A program made the position numbers and the translations under genes. Shown in pieces: positions 1 through 9,631 of a stretch of 64,000 bases of DNA (positions within the stretch are counted from its first letter, which is position 1; every line of letters starts with the position of its first letter). The notes under the pieces are model-generated. The model did no database searches, was not told the origin of the DNA, and saw nothing but the letters and a program-made list of their open reading frames with translations. The DNA is from Sumerlaeia bacterium (GTDB lineage: Bacteria; Sumerlaeota; Sumerlaeia; SLMS01; JAHLLQ01), in NCBI GenBank assembly GCA_040219255.1, contig JAVJSW010000001.1, positions 64,001 to 128,000 of the forward strand, written 5' to 3'.

Positions 1-3000
1 CGATCAGCGGCAGATAAACCTGATCCAGCAGCTTGTTGCGCACGAAGCTGGACAAGATGCGGGGCTTGAATTCTTCGAGCCGCAGTTGCTCGCGGAAGCG
101 CTCGGCGCTGCGTTTCTTCGCCTCCTGGAACGTGCGGAACATCGGCCCCACGGTGCGGTCGTAGTGGGCAAGGCGGCTCATGAATTCCGGATAGCTGAGC
201 CCATAGCGGCCCTCCGCGATGCGGCTGTGCGAACCCAGCATGCCCTCTAATTCCCGCGTGATCGAAGCCGACAGCACGCGCCGCTTCTCGAACGACCCGG
301 TGAAGCAAAGCACCGCCGCTTCATCCAGGTACGGCCGCAGCGTTTCGGCCTCCTTCGCCTTCTCCAGATACCCCGCCAGCCATGCCCGCACCAGCGCGAA
401 AGTCCCCACCGGATCGGCCTCCGCACCGGCCAACGTTTCCTCGAAGGCTTTGGCGCCATTGGCCTTTTTCAGGTGTGCGGTGAAGCCCTCGAAGAGCTTG
501 GCGGCCTCCGGCGCGATCACGAAATCTTCGCCTGCCGTCAGCTCGAAATACAGATACTCAGCGCCTTCGCGGGCGGCCTCGGCGGGAAAAAGGGCCGTCG
601 TCTCGGCGAACGCCACGAGCTGTTCCTCGAGCGGCGCCAGGAACCGCCCGCGGTCCAGCCGGTGCGGCAGCACCCGCAGAATCGCCCGCACACCCCGGAG
701 TTGCTGGGCGAGGCGCCCCTTCAGTTCCCCATCGCCAAAGCGCCGGAACCACATCTGCGCGCACGCCCGCGAAGCCGTCGGGTAGCGCAGCAGGCCAACC
801 GCCTGATTCATCTGCGCCAGCGCCCGCACGATCTTCGCCGCGTCACCGTCGTGGACGCCCTTGACGTAGCCCTCGGCGTAGCGCGGGCTCGCGAACTTCT
901 GCACCGCGTCCAGCAGCGCCGCGTCCTCCATCACCGCCAATTCGGCCACCGGCGGTTGCGCGCCCGATTCGCTGGCCTTCAGGAACTGATAAGCCAGATA
1001 TTCGGCGCGATAGACATTATTGTTTTCGGACACGATTTCCTGCGCCCAAACCGCCCGGGTCTCGTCCAATTCCGGATCGGACGCCATTTCATAGAAGTTC
1101 GTTCCGGTGATGTGGTAATAGATCTTGCCATCGCGAATGACCGTCGAAAGATCCAAAGGTTGCGTGTTGACGCTAAATTTCTGTTTTCCGAACTGGATGA
1201 CATCGCCACCGTCGGCGTACAATTCCAGTTTGTCCTTCAGTTGACGAAGGGCGTCTTCCTTGATGGTTTTCAACCGGCTTTGAATTTCGTCGGATTTGAC
1301 CGAGTCGCCCAGGTCCCGCAGTTTCTCGATCGTGTCGCGCACTTTATCAATCATCAAATCGGTGGCGAAGTAACTGTTGATTTCGTCCACCGACTTCATG
1401 CCGCGAGCGCGATTTTCGACGCCCTTCAGGATGCGGTCCGCCGCCCCCTGGAGCGTGACCGCCCGCTTCTGGCGGGCTTCCATCAGCGACGTCTTCTTGC
1501 TCTCGAACGCCTGATAAATCTCTTCCCGCTTGGTGGAAAGCTCCGTCACGAATTCATCGTAATCGGCAAACTTGCCTTCCAGCTCCTCGACCTGGACGAG
1601 TAACTTCGTCAGGTACTCGTCGCACTTCTCCGGTGTGTCGCAAAGGTCCATGAAGTTCACGACGCTCTGGCTGACGAGCTTGATTTGCGATCCGAACTCC
1701 GCGACCGCTTCCGCGCTGCCCAATTCCTTTTTCTTGTTTGTCAAGGCGGCGCGGACCTGATTGACCTTCTGGAAAATCGCGGAAATCGCATCGATGATTT
1801 GGGTCGTCTTCGTCGAATCGTCGATTTTCAAATTCCCGACGATTTCGATCAACAATTCGAGCTGCCCGCTGATTTCGTGAATCGCCTCTTCATGCTCGCG
1901 AGCTTCCGTGACTTTCGTCAATTTCGGAATCGCCGCCTTCTCCTCCGCGACTTTCTCTTCGTAGATATCGAGGGCGTTTGGCTGGAGCAAGAACTCCACC
2001 GTTTTCTCTGAGACCCCGTCGCTCTGCTCGGCGACCTGCTTCTCCAGCGCTTCCACGTGCGGCAAATCCACATAGCGGAGGTCCTTGAGCGAAATCACCT
2101 CGCCGCGCAGCAAACGCAATTCATTCAGCCCCGCCACATAGCCATCCACCGCGGGCCATTGCCGGCCGCGCAGGCTCCCAAGAATCTCTTCCGCTTTCTT
2201 TGTCGTTTCGCGGACTTTCGTTTCCGTCTGCTTGCGAAGCGCCGTGACTTTTTCGAACTCGTCGATGGCCGTGCCGGCGCTCCTGCGGATTTGCTCCAGC
2301 ACTTCCTTTAAATTGAAGAGCTCGCCCTCGCCCACCCAAAAATACGAGTCCGTGATATCCGTGGTGTTCTTCACCAAGTCCAGATACAGACTCTCGTAAG
2401 GCGTTTCGCGGCGGCACAGCTTGATGACTTCCCAGCATTCCGCCATCGCTCGCACAACTTCTTTGTTTCCAATTTTGTAGAGGCGCGAATCGCCCTTTTG
2501 AGGAAGCTCGAAATTCGGCCCCACATACGGGGTCTGCCACACCTGCACGGGATGGTGCTTTTGCGGCTCGATCTGATCGCCGAAGTACACCATTTCTCCG
2601 TTTTCGAAAATCGAATAACCCTGGCCGACAATCGGTGTCGCGACCCGCTGCTCGATCATGTTGTACGACAACAGAATATACACGCCGCTCGCCCTGTTGT
2701 GAAACACGAACAGGTGATCTTCGCCGTTGGCCGATGGCACCCGCCGCTCGAACAGCATTTCCTTCAGACCATGCTCGAACTGCTTGTGCTCGCCATTGAC
2801 CAGGTAATAACCACTGCTAAAGATAATTCCGTGATCGTCCGGCAGAAGAACGCAAGAATGCTGGATCGCATCCACGCGCCGCGCTTCCTTGATCTTGTCG
2901 TTATAGATGATATACCGATGATCTTTCTCCTGGTAAGGCTTGATCTTCAGCAATATCAGCGGCCCCACCACGGCGTAGGAAATCTCGGCGTCGTCCAGCA

Positions 3001-3757
3001 CCTGGTCGGCGTTTTCCACCGGTTCCCGATAAATACCCTCACCCGACTCCGTATTGTCTTCCACCTTGATGGTCAAATCCCCGCCAACGGTTTCCACGAA
3101 AACTCGGTCTTCGATGGAAATGTGCGGGTGTTTCCCTTCGCGGTGCAGGTCGCGGTGCGTACGCTTCCAGGTGAACTCGTGCTGCGGCGGGTACTTGAAC
3201 TCGTGATCGCTGCGGTTGTCCAGGTACGTCAACCCGTCCCCCTGAATCGCCCACTTGAAGGTCTTGATGTCCGTCGGCCGCTTGCCCACCTGGAAAACCA
3301 TGAACAGGTGCGGCCCGATAATGGCGAATCGCGAGAACGTCGTTTCCTTGTAATACTTGTAGAGGTTGTTGAAATCCTCCTCGAACCGCTTGTCATCGAT
3401 CAGGCTCAAATCCGCCGTGTGAAACTGGCGCTCCCGGTATTCGTAAACGGCGAAAACGTCCTTGAGCTCCGTCGTGCTCTTCAGACCGAAATGGACATTG
3501 TAGCCAAAGATAAACCGGGTTCCCACCGGCACCATATCGCGGGCGATGCAGTTATGCTCCGTCGTGATCCGCGCCCGGTCCAGGACCTGCAAATCGATCG
3601 AGCCAAAGGTGTCCTTCCGCACCGCGTTCAGCTTGTTGACGCGGTCCTGCAAATCCTTCGCCTGCGCCGCGAGACGATTGCGGATGATCTCGTAGGTGCC
3701 GCCTTCGAGCTGTGCTTGATCCTGTTGCGCCTGCGATTCTTTTTCAACGTCCGCCAT
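1..3757 (-). CDS. Giant putative ATPase of the 'DNA repair ATPase' (DUF3686-like) family; 3' end lies beyond the left edge of the window
   Basis: Missing from the ORF track because it has no stop in the window. ATG at 3757 opens MADVEKESQAQQDQAQLEGGTYEIIRNRL..., with HPHISIEDRVFVETVGGDLTIKVEDNT and VQVWQTPY, a long coiled-coil middle, and ...FKPRILSSFVRNKLLDQVYLPLI at the edge. No P-loop is visible yet. It follows flotillin and NfeD-like genes. Confidence 0.88.
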   Translation of the reverse strand, partial: MADVEKESQAQQDQAQLEGGTYEIIRNRLAAQAKDLQDRVNKLNAVRKDTFGSIDLQVLDRARITTEHNCIARDMVPVGTRFIFGYNVHFGLKSTTELKDVFAVYEYRERQFHTADLSLIDDKRFEEDFNNLYKYYKETTFSRFAIIGPHLFMVFQVGKRPTDIKTFKWAIQGDGLTYLDNRSDHEFKYPPQHEFTWKRTHRDLHREGKHPHISIEDRVFVETVGGDLTIKVEDNTESGEGIYREPVENADQVLDDAEISYAVVGPLILLKIKPYQEKDHRYIIYNDKIKEARRVDAIQHSCVLLPDDHGIIFSSGYYLVNGEHKQFEHGLKEMLFERRVPSANGEDHLFVFHNRASGVYILLSYNMIEQRVATPIVGQGYSIFENGEMVYFGDQIEPQKHHPVQVWQTPYVGPNFELPQKGDSRLYKIGNKEVVRAMAECWEVIKLCRRETPYESLYLDLVKNTTDITDSYFWVGEGELFNLKEVLEQIRRSAGTAIDEFEKVTALRKQTETKVRETTKKAEEILGSLRGRQWPAVDGYVAGLNELRLLRGEVISLKDLRYVDLPHVEALEKQVAEQSDGVSEKTVEFLLQPNALDIYEEKVAEEKAAIPKLTKVTEAREHEEAIHEISGQLELLIEIVGNLKIDDSTKTTQIIDAISAIFQKVNQVRAALTNKKKELGSAEAVAEFGSQIKLVSQSVVNFMDLCDTPEKCDEYLTKLLVQVEELEGKFADYDEFVTELSTKREEIYQAFESKKTSLMEARQKRAVTLQGAADRILKGVENRARGMKSVDEINSYFATDLMIDKVRDTIEKLRDLGDSVKSDEIQSRLKTIKEDALRQLKDKLELYADGGDVIQFGKQKFSVNTQPLDLSTVIRDGKIYYHITGTNFYEMASDPELDETRAVWAQEIVSENNNVYRAEYLAYQFLKASESGAQPPVAELAVMEDAALLDAVQKFASPRYAEGYVKGVHDGDAAKIVRALAQMNQAVGLLRYPTASRACAQMWFRRFGDGELKGRLAQQLRGVRAILRVLPHRLDRGRFLAPLEEQLVAFAETTALFPAEAAREGAEYLYFELTAGEDFVIAPEAAKLFEGFTAHLKKANGAKAFEETLAGAEADPVGTFALVRAWLAGYLEKAKEAETLRPYLDEAAVLCFTGSFEKRRVLSASITRELEGMLGSHSRIAEGRYGLSYPEFMSRLAHYDRTVGPMFRTFQEAKKRSAERFREQLRLEEFKPRILSSFVRNKLLDQVYLPLI

Positions 3758-4149
3758 GGTTGTCTCTCTTTCCCCATTCTGGCCTCGGTGGCCAATTCGT
3801 CATTTTTTTTGGCGAGATAAAGATTGTGTAAGGACAAGGCCGCTGTGGTTTCTTTCCACATAATGATCCAGCGCGAGTAGCAAATTCTCTCGCTTGCCAG
3901 ATAGAGGTACAAAAGCAATCCGGCTATAGTCCCCATCATATGGTATTCTGGATAAACAAGTACCCAAAGAAATCCAACTGTCACTGCGATAGGAACCACA
4001 AAAGCCCATTTGTAACGCTTCCAGTTCTTCCGCGTTTGAAAACAGCTCTTGATAAAAGGAATCTGCTCCTCGGTGACACCTAGCCTGGGATTCACAACCA
4101 ATGCGAGTTCCTGACTGCTTGGTTCTTCGAGTGTGCTGTTGGGTGTCAC
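3628..4149 (-). CDS. Small two-TM membrane protein, AT-rich
   Basis: GTG start preceded by AAAGGA; two hydrophobic segments (WAFVVPIAVTVGFLWVLVY; TIAGLLLYLYLA); 3' end overlaps the start of the ATPase gene in another frame. Confidence 0.6.
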   Translation of the reverse strand: MTPNSTLEEPSSQELALVVNPRLGVTEEQIPFIKSCFQTRKNWKRYKWAFVVPIAVTVGFLWVLVYPEYHMMGTIAGLLLYLYLASERICYSRWIIMWKETTAALSLHNLYLAKKNDELATEARMGKERQPWRTLKKNRRRNRIKHSSKAAPTRSSAIVSRRRRRICRTASTS

Positions 4150-4192
4150 CGAGTACGATTTCCTTTCGGGTCCGGCTGGGCGGTTTGGGGGA

Positions 4193-6307
4193 TTACCCCT
4201 TCTTCACCAGCCCCGGCTCGCCCAGCAACTGGGCCGCCGGTTTGTCGCTCAGGCCCGCCTGCTTCGCGCCGTCCAGCAGCCCTTGCAGCATCGCCTTCGT
4301 TTCCTTCTCCTTCGTCATGCCGATCAGGCGCAGCAGCAGCGCCGACGTCGTCAGGTTCTTCAGATCCGCCGTCGTCACGCCGAAGGTATCGACCAGCTCC
4401 TTGACCTTCACGCGCAGGGCTTCGCCCGCGTCGCTGGTGCCGTTGCCGTTGGGGATGAAAGCATCCCGCAGGCCCGACGCCACGTCGCTGTTCTGCACGA
4501 ACCGGTCGACCGACTTGCCGTAGGAAATCGAGTTCACGATACGATCGAAGAACATCGAGTCGCCGCCGACGATGTCGATCTTGGCGCTCTTCAGGCCTTC
4601 GCGGATCACGCTGGCCTGGGCTTCGGCGATGTCGCGCTGGATCGTGATCTGGGCCAACTCGATTTCCTTGTCCTTGGCCAGGCGCAGCTTGAACTCCTCG
4701 TGCTCGCGGCCCACCGCGTCCAGCTTCTTCATCGCTTCGGCCTTTTGCGTGATGCCTTCCGCTTCCGCGTTCATCTTCTGGCGCATGACTTCCGCTTCCG
4801 CTTCGCCCTGCTTCTGGGTCGCTTCGGCTTTGGCGGCCAAGCCCATCGCTTCCGCTTCCGCCTTCTTCTGGATGACTTCCGCCTGGGCCGCGCCTTCCTT
4901 GGCCAGGGCCGACGCGCGGGCCTCCATCACGCGGACTTCCGACATGCCGTGCACGGCCTCTTCCTCGGCTTTCGCGGCGGCCAGGGTCTTCATCGCTTCG
5001 GCGCGTTGATCGGCGGCCAGCTTGTCCGCCTCCGCTTCCACCTGCACCTGCTTGGCGCGGTGGTCGGCGGCCTGGCGTTCGGCCTCGGCGGCTCTCACCC
5101 GCTTGATCATTTCCTCCTCGGCTTTGCGCTGCGCCTCCACCAGGGCCACATGCTTCTCGCGCTCGGCGCCGGCGTGGGCCTGCGTGTCCTTGATGCGCTC
5201 TTGCTCCTCGACCACCTGGCGCTCCACGACAACCCGTTCGCGGATGACGTCCTGGATGTTCTTGCGCTGCTCTTCGACGCTCTTCTCTTTTTCGATCTGC
5301 GCCAAGGTCACGATGCGTTCGCGCTCGTTTTGCTCCAACTGGCGAGCCTGCTCCACCCGTTCGCCTTCCACAGCGTCGGTGCGTTCCTTCGCCCGCCGGG
5401 CCACGATGACCTGGCGTTCGCGGTTTTGCTCCGCCACTTCCAGCTCTTCCGCCGTCGCGATGCGCGCCTGCTCGGACTTCTGCCATTCCTGAGCCTTCAC
5501 GATGGCCGCTTCCGCTTCCTCGCGGCTTGTCAGGGCGGCGATCTCCTTCTTCTGCCGCTGCTCCGCTTCCGTGCGCTGCCGGTCCAGCTCCAGGATCGCC
5601 TCGCGCGCTTCCACGTCCTGCTGCTTGATCGTCTTCTCTTTATCGCGCTCGATCTTGTTCGCCAGCATCTGCTGCTTCGATGTCAGATCGGTGATCTTCT
5701 TGATACCCTCGGCGTCCAGGATGTTGTCCGGGTTCAACGTCTCCTTGGGCGTCTGCTCCAGGTAATCGATCGCCGCGTCGTCCAGGATGTAACCGTTCAG
5801 GTCCGTGCCGATGATCTGCAGGATCTCGTTCTTGAACTTCTCGCGGCTCGAGTACAACTCGGTGAAGTCAAAGCCCTTACCGACCGTCTTCAGCGCCTCC
5901 GAGAACTTCGCGTCGAAGAACTCCACCAGCGCCGCCGGGTCGCTCGCCCGCTCGCAGCCAATGCTTTGCGCCACTTTCAAAACGTCCTGCTCCGTCTTGT
6001 TCACGCGGACAAAGAAGGCCACCTTGATATCGGCGCGCATGTTGTCCTTACAAACCAGGCCATCCTTGCCCGTGCGCCAGATTTCGATGCGCTTGACCGA
6101 GACGTCGATTTCTTCCAGGCGGTTGAACACTGGGTAATAGAAGCTCGCCGAGAAGACGACTTTCGATCCGCTGCGGCTGGTGATGATCAGGGCTTTGCCT
6201 TGTTTCGCTTTGACCAGGAAGAATCGGGCCGCGGCCACATAGCCGACAATCAGTATCAGGCCGACAAGAAAGGCGATACCGAGAATGAGATAAACGAGGT
6301 CCATCAT
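4193..6307 (-). CDS. Flotillin-like SPFH/band-7 protein (YqiK type) with long coiled coil
   Basis: N-terminal TM; SPFH motifs (GLVCKDNMRADIKVAFFVRVN, LDAEGIKKIT); EA-rich coiled coil; C-terminal KIDIVGGD. Confidence 0.92.
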   Translation of the reverse strand: MMDLVYLILGIAFLVGLILIVGYVAAARFFLVKAKQGKALIITSRSGSKVVFSASFYYPVFNRLEEIDVSVKRIEIWRTGKDGLVCKDNMRADIKVAFFVRVNKTEQDVLKVAQSIGCERASDPAALVEFFDAKFSEALKTVGKGFDFTELYSSREKFKNEILQIIGTDLNGYILDDAAIDYLEQTPKETLNPDNILDAEGIKKITDLTSKQQMLANKIERDKEKTIKQQDVEAREAILELDRQRTEAEQRQKKEIAALTSREEAEAAIVKAQEWQKSEQARIATAEELEVAEQNRERQVIVARRAKERTDAVEGERVEQARQLEQNERERIVTLAQIEKEKSVEEQRKNIQDVIRERVVVERQVVEEQERIKDTQAHAGAEREKHVALVEAQRKAEEEMIKRVRAAEAERQAADHRAKQVQVEAEADKLAADQRAEAMKTLAAAKAEEEAVHGMSEVRVMEARASALAKEGAAQAEVIQKKAEAEAMGLAAKAEATQKQGEAEAEVMRQKMNAEAEGITQKAEAMKKLDAVGREHEEFKLRLAKDKEIELAQITIQRDIAEAQASVIREGLKSAKIDIVGGDSMFFDRIVNSISYGKSVDRFVQNSDVASGLRDAFIPNGNGTSDAGEALRVKVKELVDTFGVTTADLKNLTTSALLLRLIGMTKEKETKAMLQGLLDGAKQAGLSDKPAAQLLGEPGLVKKG

Positions 6308-6313
6308 GGGACG

Positions 6314-7003
6314 TTAGGGCTCCTTGGCGATAAGTTCGGAAGAGGGTAAGGGTTCGATTTGGTAAATGCCCCGGCTTTCGTCTTCGTTGACGATCACAGC
6401 CTGTTGCCGGGCGGCGAGGGTGATGCCTTCGCGGGTTCGCACGTTCAGACGCAGCGGCGCGCCCGTGATTTCGATTTCCGCCTGGCCGATACGGATCGCG
6501 TCCACGGCGGTCAGCGTCGTGCAGATACGCCCCGTCAGATCGCGAATCGTTATCTCGTTCGACTCCCGGGCGGCTTTCGCCAACGGCGCCGTGATCGCCT
6601 TCGTGGCGAAAATCGCCAGGATGTAGGCCACGAACAAAATCACCAGGCCAATACCCGGATCGTGGTTCGGATTCAGGACGATCGTCCCGATCATCGTGAT
6701 GGTCCACATCACCAGGATCAAAATCCCGATCACGATCATCAACGGAACCTGATGGGCGTTGATGAAGGAAAGGAAACCCGACAGAATCCCGCCGCCACCG
6801 CTCCCCCCCTCCGCATCCAGGTCCGCATCCCCGTCCACGCCCGCATCCAGGTCCAGGTCGGCGTCGATTTCCGCCTCCATATCCAGCGAATCGCCACCCA
6901 CGAATCCCAGAATCACGAACAGCCAGTAGGCCACGACCAAGAGCAACGGCACCGTCACGATCAGGTTGATCGGCGCAAAGACAACATTCAGCAACTCAGC
7001 CAT
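6314..7003 (-). CDS. YqiJ/NfeD-like membrane protein with C-terminal OB-fold
   Basis: ATG at 7003 with AAAGGAG RBS; TM helices, acidic D-rich loop, VPLMI motif and beta-rich C-terminus; directly upstream of flotillin. Confidence 0.85.
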   Translation of the reverse strand: MAELLNVVFAPINLIVTVPLLLVVAYWLFVILGFVGGDSLDMEAEIDADLDLDAGVDGDADLDAEGGSGGGGILSGFLSFINAHQVPLMIVIGILILVMWTITMIGTIVLNPNHDPGIGLVILFVAYILAIFATKAITAPLAKAARESNEITIRDLTGRICTTLTAVDAIRIGQAEIEITGAPLRLNVRTREGITLAARQQAVIVNEDESRGIYQIEPLPSSELIAKEP

Positions 7004-7315
7004 CCATTTCTCGCTCCTTTCGGCACTTCGCGTTCGCATCCCTTACTTCACCACCGAGAGCCCTATTCACCGCCCCGGCGGAAAAATCGGCGGCGCCCAT
7101 TGATTGCGCCCCTCGATCCGATTTTCGCCCCTGTTTTTTCGCCTCTATTCGTCTCGCCCTTTCCGCCAGTGGTCAAGCTCAGCCGACACCCGCCGAAGCC
7201 TTTTCTTTCGCCCTTTCCCCCTTGACAGATCGGCCCGCCTTGCCTTCCCCTTTTCCCTAGCTCCTGGCTCCGCTCCAACTCGCGGCCCGCCAGGCATAAG
7301 GGAAAGACTCCGCAG

Positions 7316-7420
7316 ATGTTTTTCGCGACGCTCCAGCTTTTGGTTTTCGCCACTGCCCACAAGGCAGAGCGGTGGATCCTGGGCCGTCGCCTCGCCGTGG
7401 TCGTAGTACGAACGCTCTGA
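7316..7420 (+). CDS. Putative ilvB leader (attenuator) peptide, 34 aa
   Basis: MFFATLQLLVFATAHKAERWILGRRLAVVVVRTL*, with a run of four Val codons plus Ile/Leu just before the stop, upstream of acetolactate synthase. Confidence 0.75.
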   Translation: MFFATLQLLVFATAHKAERWILGRRLAVVVVRTL

Positions 7421-7509
7421 GACGGGGCCGCCCGCCGGCCCGCCCCTCGGGCCATGCGTCTCAGAGCCGAAAACACCAGCCGCTGACGTCCGTCGGCGGC
7501 CTTTTTGTT
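7414..7509 (+). promoter_or_regulatory. Attenuator hairpins and intrinsic terminator upstream of ilvB
   Basis: Perfect 11-bp inverted repeat GCTCTGAGACG (7414-7424) / CGTCTCAGAGC (7457-7467) overlaps the leader stop; terminator stem GCCGCTGAC/GTCGGCGGC (7479-7500) is followed by CTTTTTGTT. Confidence 0.75.
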
Positions 7510-7584
7510 GTCACTGCGTCTCCAAAAGACACCACGGCTTTGCGAAACCCAACCCACACCGCCAAATCAAGAGAACCTCTCGCT

Positions 7585-9507
7585 ATGATTCACGAAGAAA
7601 TGTCCCCCGCCACCGAAGACGCCGTGGCTGAAGAATACGCCACCAACGGCCAGGACGTCGCGCTCCGCGCCCCCCACGCCCTCCGCGGACAGCAAATGAC
7701 CGGCGCCGACACCATCATCCAGGTCCTCGCCGACGAAGGCGTCGATGTCATCTTCGGCTACAGCGGCGGCGCCATCCTGCCCACCTACGACGCCATTTTC
7801 CGCTACAACAAGAACCATCAGGAAGACCTCGAAAACCAAATCCGCCTCGTCGTCCCCGCCAACGAGCAGGGCGCCGGGTTCATGGCCGCCGGCTATGCCC
7901 GCGCCACCGGCAAAGTCGGCGTCTTCCTCGTCACCAGCGGCCCCGGCGCCACCAACTGCGTCACCCCCATCCGCGACTGCATGGCCGACAGCGTCCCCAC
8001 CATCCTGATCTGCGGCCAGGTCCCCCGCCCCGCCATCGGCACCGACGCCTTCCAGGAAGCCCCCATCTTCAACATCATGAGCGCCTGCGCCAAGCACACC
8101 TTCCTGGTGACCAAACCCGAGGAACTGGAAGCCACCTTCCGCACCGCCTTTGAAATCGCCCGCAGCGGCCGCCCCGGCCCCGTCGTCATCGACGTCCCCA
8201 AGGACGTCCAGAACGCCCTGATGGAATACCAGGGCGACGGCGTGCTGGAACTGCGCGGCTTCCAGAAGCGCATGGAAAACCTGCGCGCCGCCAAAGTCTC
8301 CAAGAAAAACCAGGCGTCCTTCTTCCAGATGCTCGGCGAATCCAAACGCCCCCTCATCTACGCCGGCGGCGGCGTCATCAACAGCGCCGGAGCCGCCGAA
8401 GAACTGCGCGCCTTCGCCAAGCGCTTCCAAATCCCAGTGGTGACCACCCTGATGGGCATCGGCGCCTACGACACCACCGACTCCCTCAGCCTCCACATGC
8501 TCGGCATGCACGGCGCCGCCTACGCCAACTACGCCGTCGAAGACTGCGACATGCTCATCGCCGTCGGCAGCCGCTTCGACGACCGCGTCGCCGGCAAGGT
8601 TCTCGAGTTCGCCCCCCTGGCCCGCCACATCGCCCACCTCGACATCGACGCCGCCGAAATCGGCAAGGTCAAGAACATCCACTGGAGCCATGTCGGCGAC
8701 GCCGGTGCCGGCCTCAAGATGCTCCGCGAATACGGCGAGCAGATCGACTTCAAGCGCGACTTCTCCGCCTGGGTCCAGCACGCCGCCGAACTCCGCGCGA
8801 ATCACGCCTTCAACTTCGACCGCGAATCCGCCATGCTCCAGCCCTACGAAGTCCTCGAAGCCCTCAACCGCATCACCAAAGGCGAAGCCATCGTCTCCAC
8901 CGGCGTCGGCCAGCACCAGATGTGGGCCGCCCAGTACATCGACTACAAGCACCCCCGCTCCTGGCTCACCAGCGGATCCATGGGCACCATGGGCTTCGGC
9001 CTCCCCGCCGCCATCGGCGCCAAAATCGCACGCCCCGACAAAATCGTCATCAACGTCGACGGCGACGGATCCATCCGTATGAACATCGGCGAACTTGAAA
9101 CCGCCACCACCTACGGCGCCAACATCAAGGTCCTTCTCCTCAACAACGAGGGCGACGGCATGGTGCGCCAGTGGCAAAAACTCTTCTTCGACGAACGCTT
9201 CTCCGGCACCGACAAGACCATGCACACCAAGGACTTCGTCAAAGCCGCCGAAGCCGACGGCTACCGCTTCGCCAAACGCCTCGAACTCTACGACCGCGAA
9301 AACCTCGAGCAAGTCCTCCAGGAATTCGTCGCCTTCGACGAAGGCCCCGCCTTCCTCGAAGTCCGCATCGACCCCGACGCCTGCGTCTTTCCCATGGTCG
9401 GCCCCGGCAAAGGCTACAAAGACATGATCGTCGGCCCCCACATCACCCCCCGCGACGCCGCCGCCGCCCAAGAAGCCAAGGGCGCCGAAGCCGCCGACCT
9501 CTTCTAA
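7585..9507 (+). CDS. ilvB: Acetolactate synthase large subunit
   Basis: Motifs FGYSGGAILP, EQGAGFMAAGYAR, TSGPGATN, GVGQHQMW, SGSMGTMGFGLPAAIGA and the TPP-binding GDGS...NN; start taken at ATG 7585. Confidence 0.96.
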   Translation: MIHEEMSPATEDAVAEEYATNGQDVALRAPHALRGQQMTGADTIIQVLADEGVDVIFGYSGGAILPTYDAIFRYNKNHQEDLENQIRLVVPANEQGAGFMAAGYARATGKVGVFLVTSGPGATNCVTPIRDCMADSVPTILICGQVPRPAIGTDAFQEAPIFNIMSACAKHTFLVTKPEELEATFRTAFEIARSGRPGPVVIDVPKDVQNALMEYQGDGVLELRGFQKRMENLRAAKVSKKNQASFFQMLGESKRPLIYAGGGVINSAGAAEELRAFAKRFQIPVVTTLMGIGAYDTTDSLSLHMLGMHGAAYANYAVEDCDMLIAVGSRFDDRVAGKVLEFAPLARHIAHLDIDAAEIGKVKNIHWSHVGDAGAGLKMLREYGEQIDFKRDFSAWVQHAAELRANHAFNFDRESAMLQPYEVLEALNRITKGEAIVSTGVGQHQMWAAQYIDYKHPRSWLTSGSMGTMGFGLPAAIGAKIARPDKIVINVDGDGSIRMNIGELETATTYGANIKVLLLNNEGDGMVRQWQKLFFDERFSGTDKTMHTKDFVKAAEADGYRFAKRLELYDRENLEQVLQEFVAFDEGPAFLEVRIDPDACVFPMVGPGKGYKDMIVGPHITPRDAAAAQEAKGAEAADLF

Positions 9508-9582
9508 ACCATCGTCCCCGTTCGCAATCCCGCCAACCGGCGGAACGCGAACCCGCAAGGCCCCATCCCCCGCCAAAACGCC

Positions 9583-9631
9583 ACCGCCCCGGCAAAGCCT
9601 TCGCGCTTCGCCGGGGCGGTTATCGTTTTTT
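9583..9631 (+). terminator. Intrinsic terminator after ilvB
   Basis: ACCGCCCCGGC / GCCGGGGCGGT stem followed by a T-rich tract. Confidence 0.7.

Noticed and set aside
219-3820. Plus-strand ORFs 219-785, 473-1603, 2498-3820 and similar
   Set aside because: Antisense shadows of the giant minus-strand gene; unnatural composition.
7372-7584. N-terminal extension of ilvB given in the ORF track
   Set aside because: It runs through the attenuator and terminator; ATG 7585 or a nearby downstream ATG is more plausible.
7567-9576. Long antisense ORFs (7567-9576, 28761-31865, 31016-32908, 34206-36236, 39077-41836, 56598-57953)
   Set aside because: Caused by strong GC third-position bias in the real genes on the opposite strand; no recognisable motifs.
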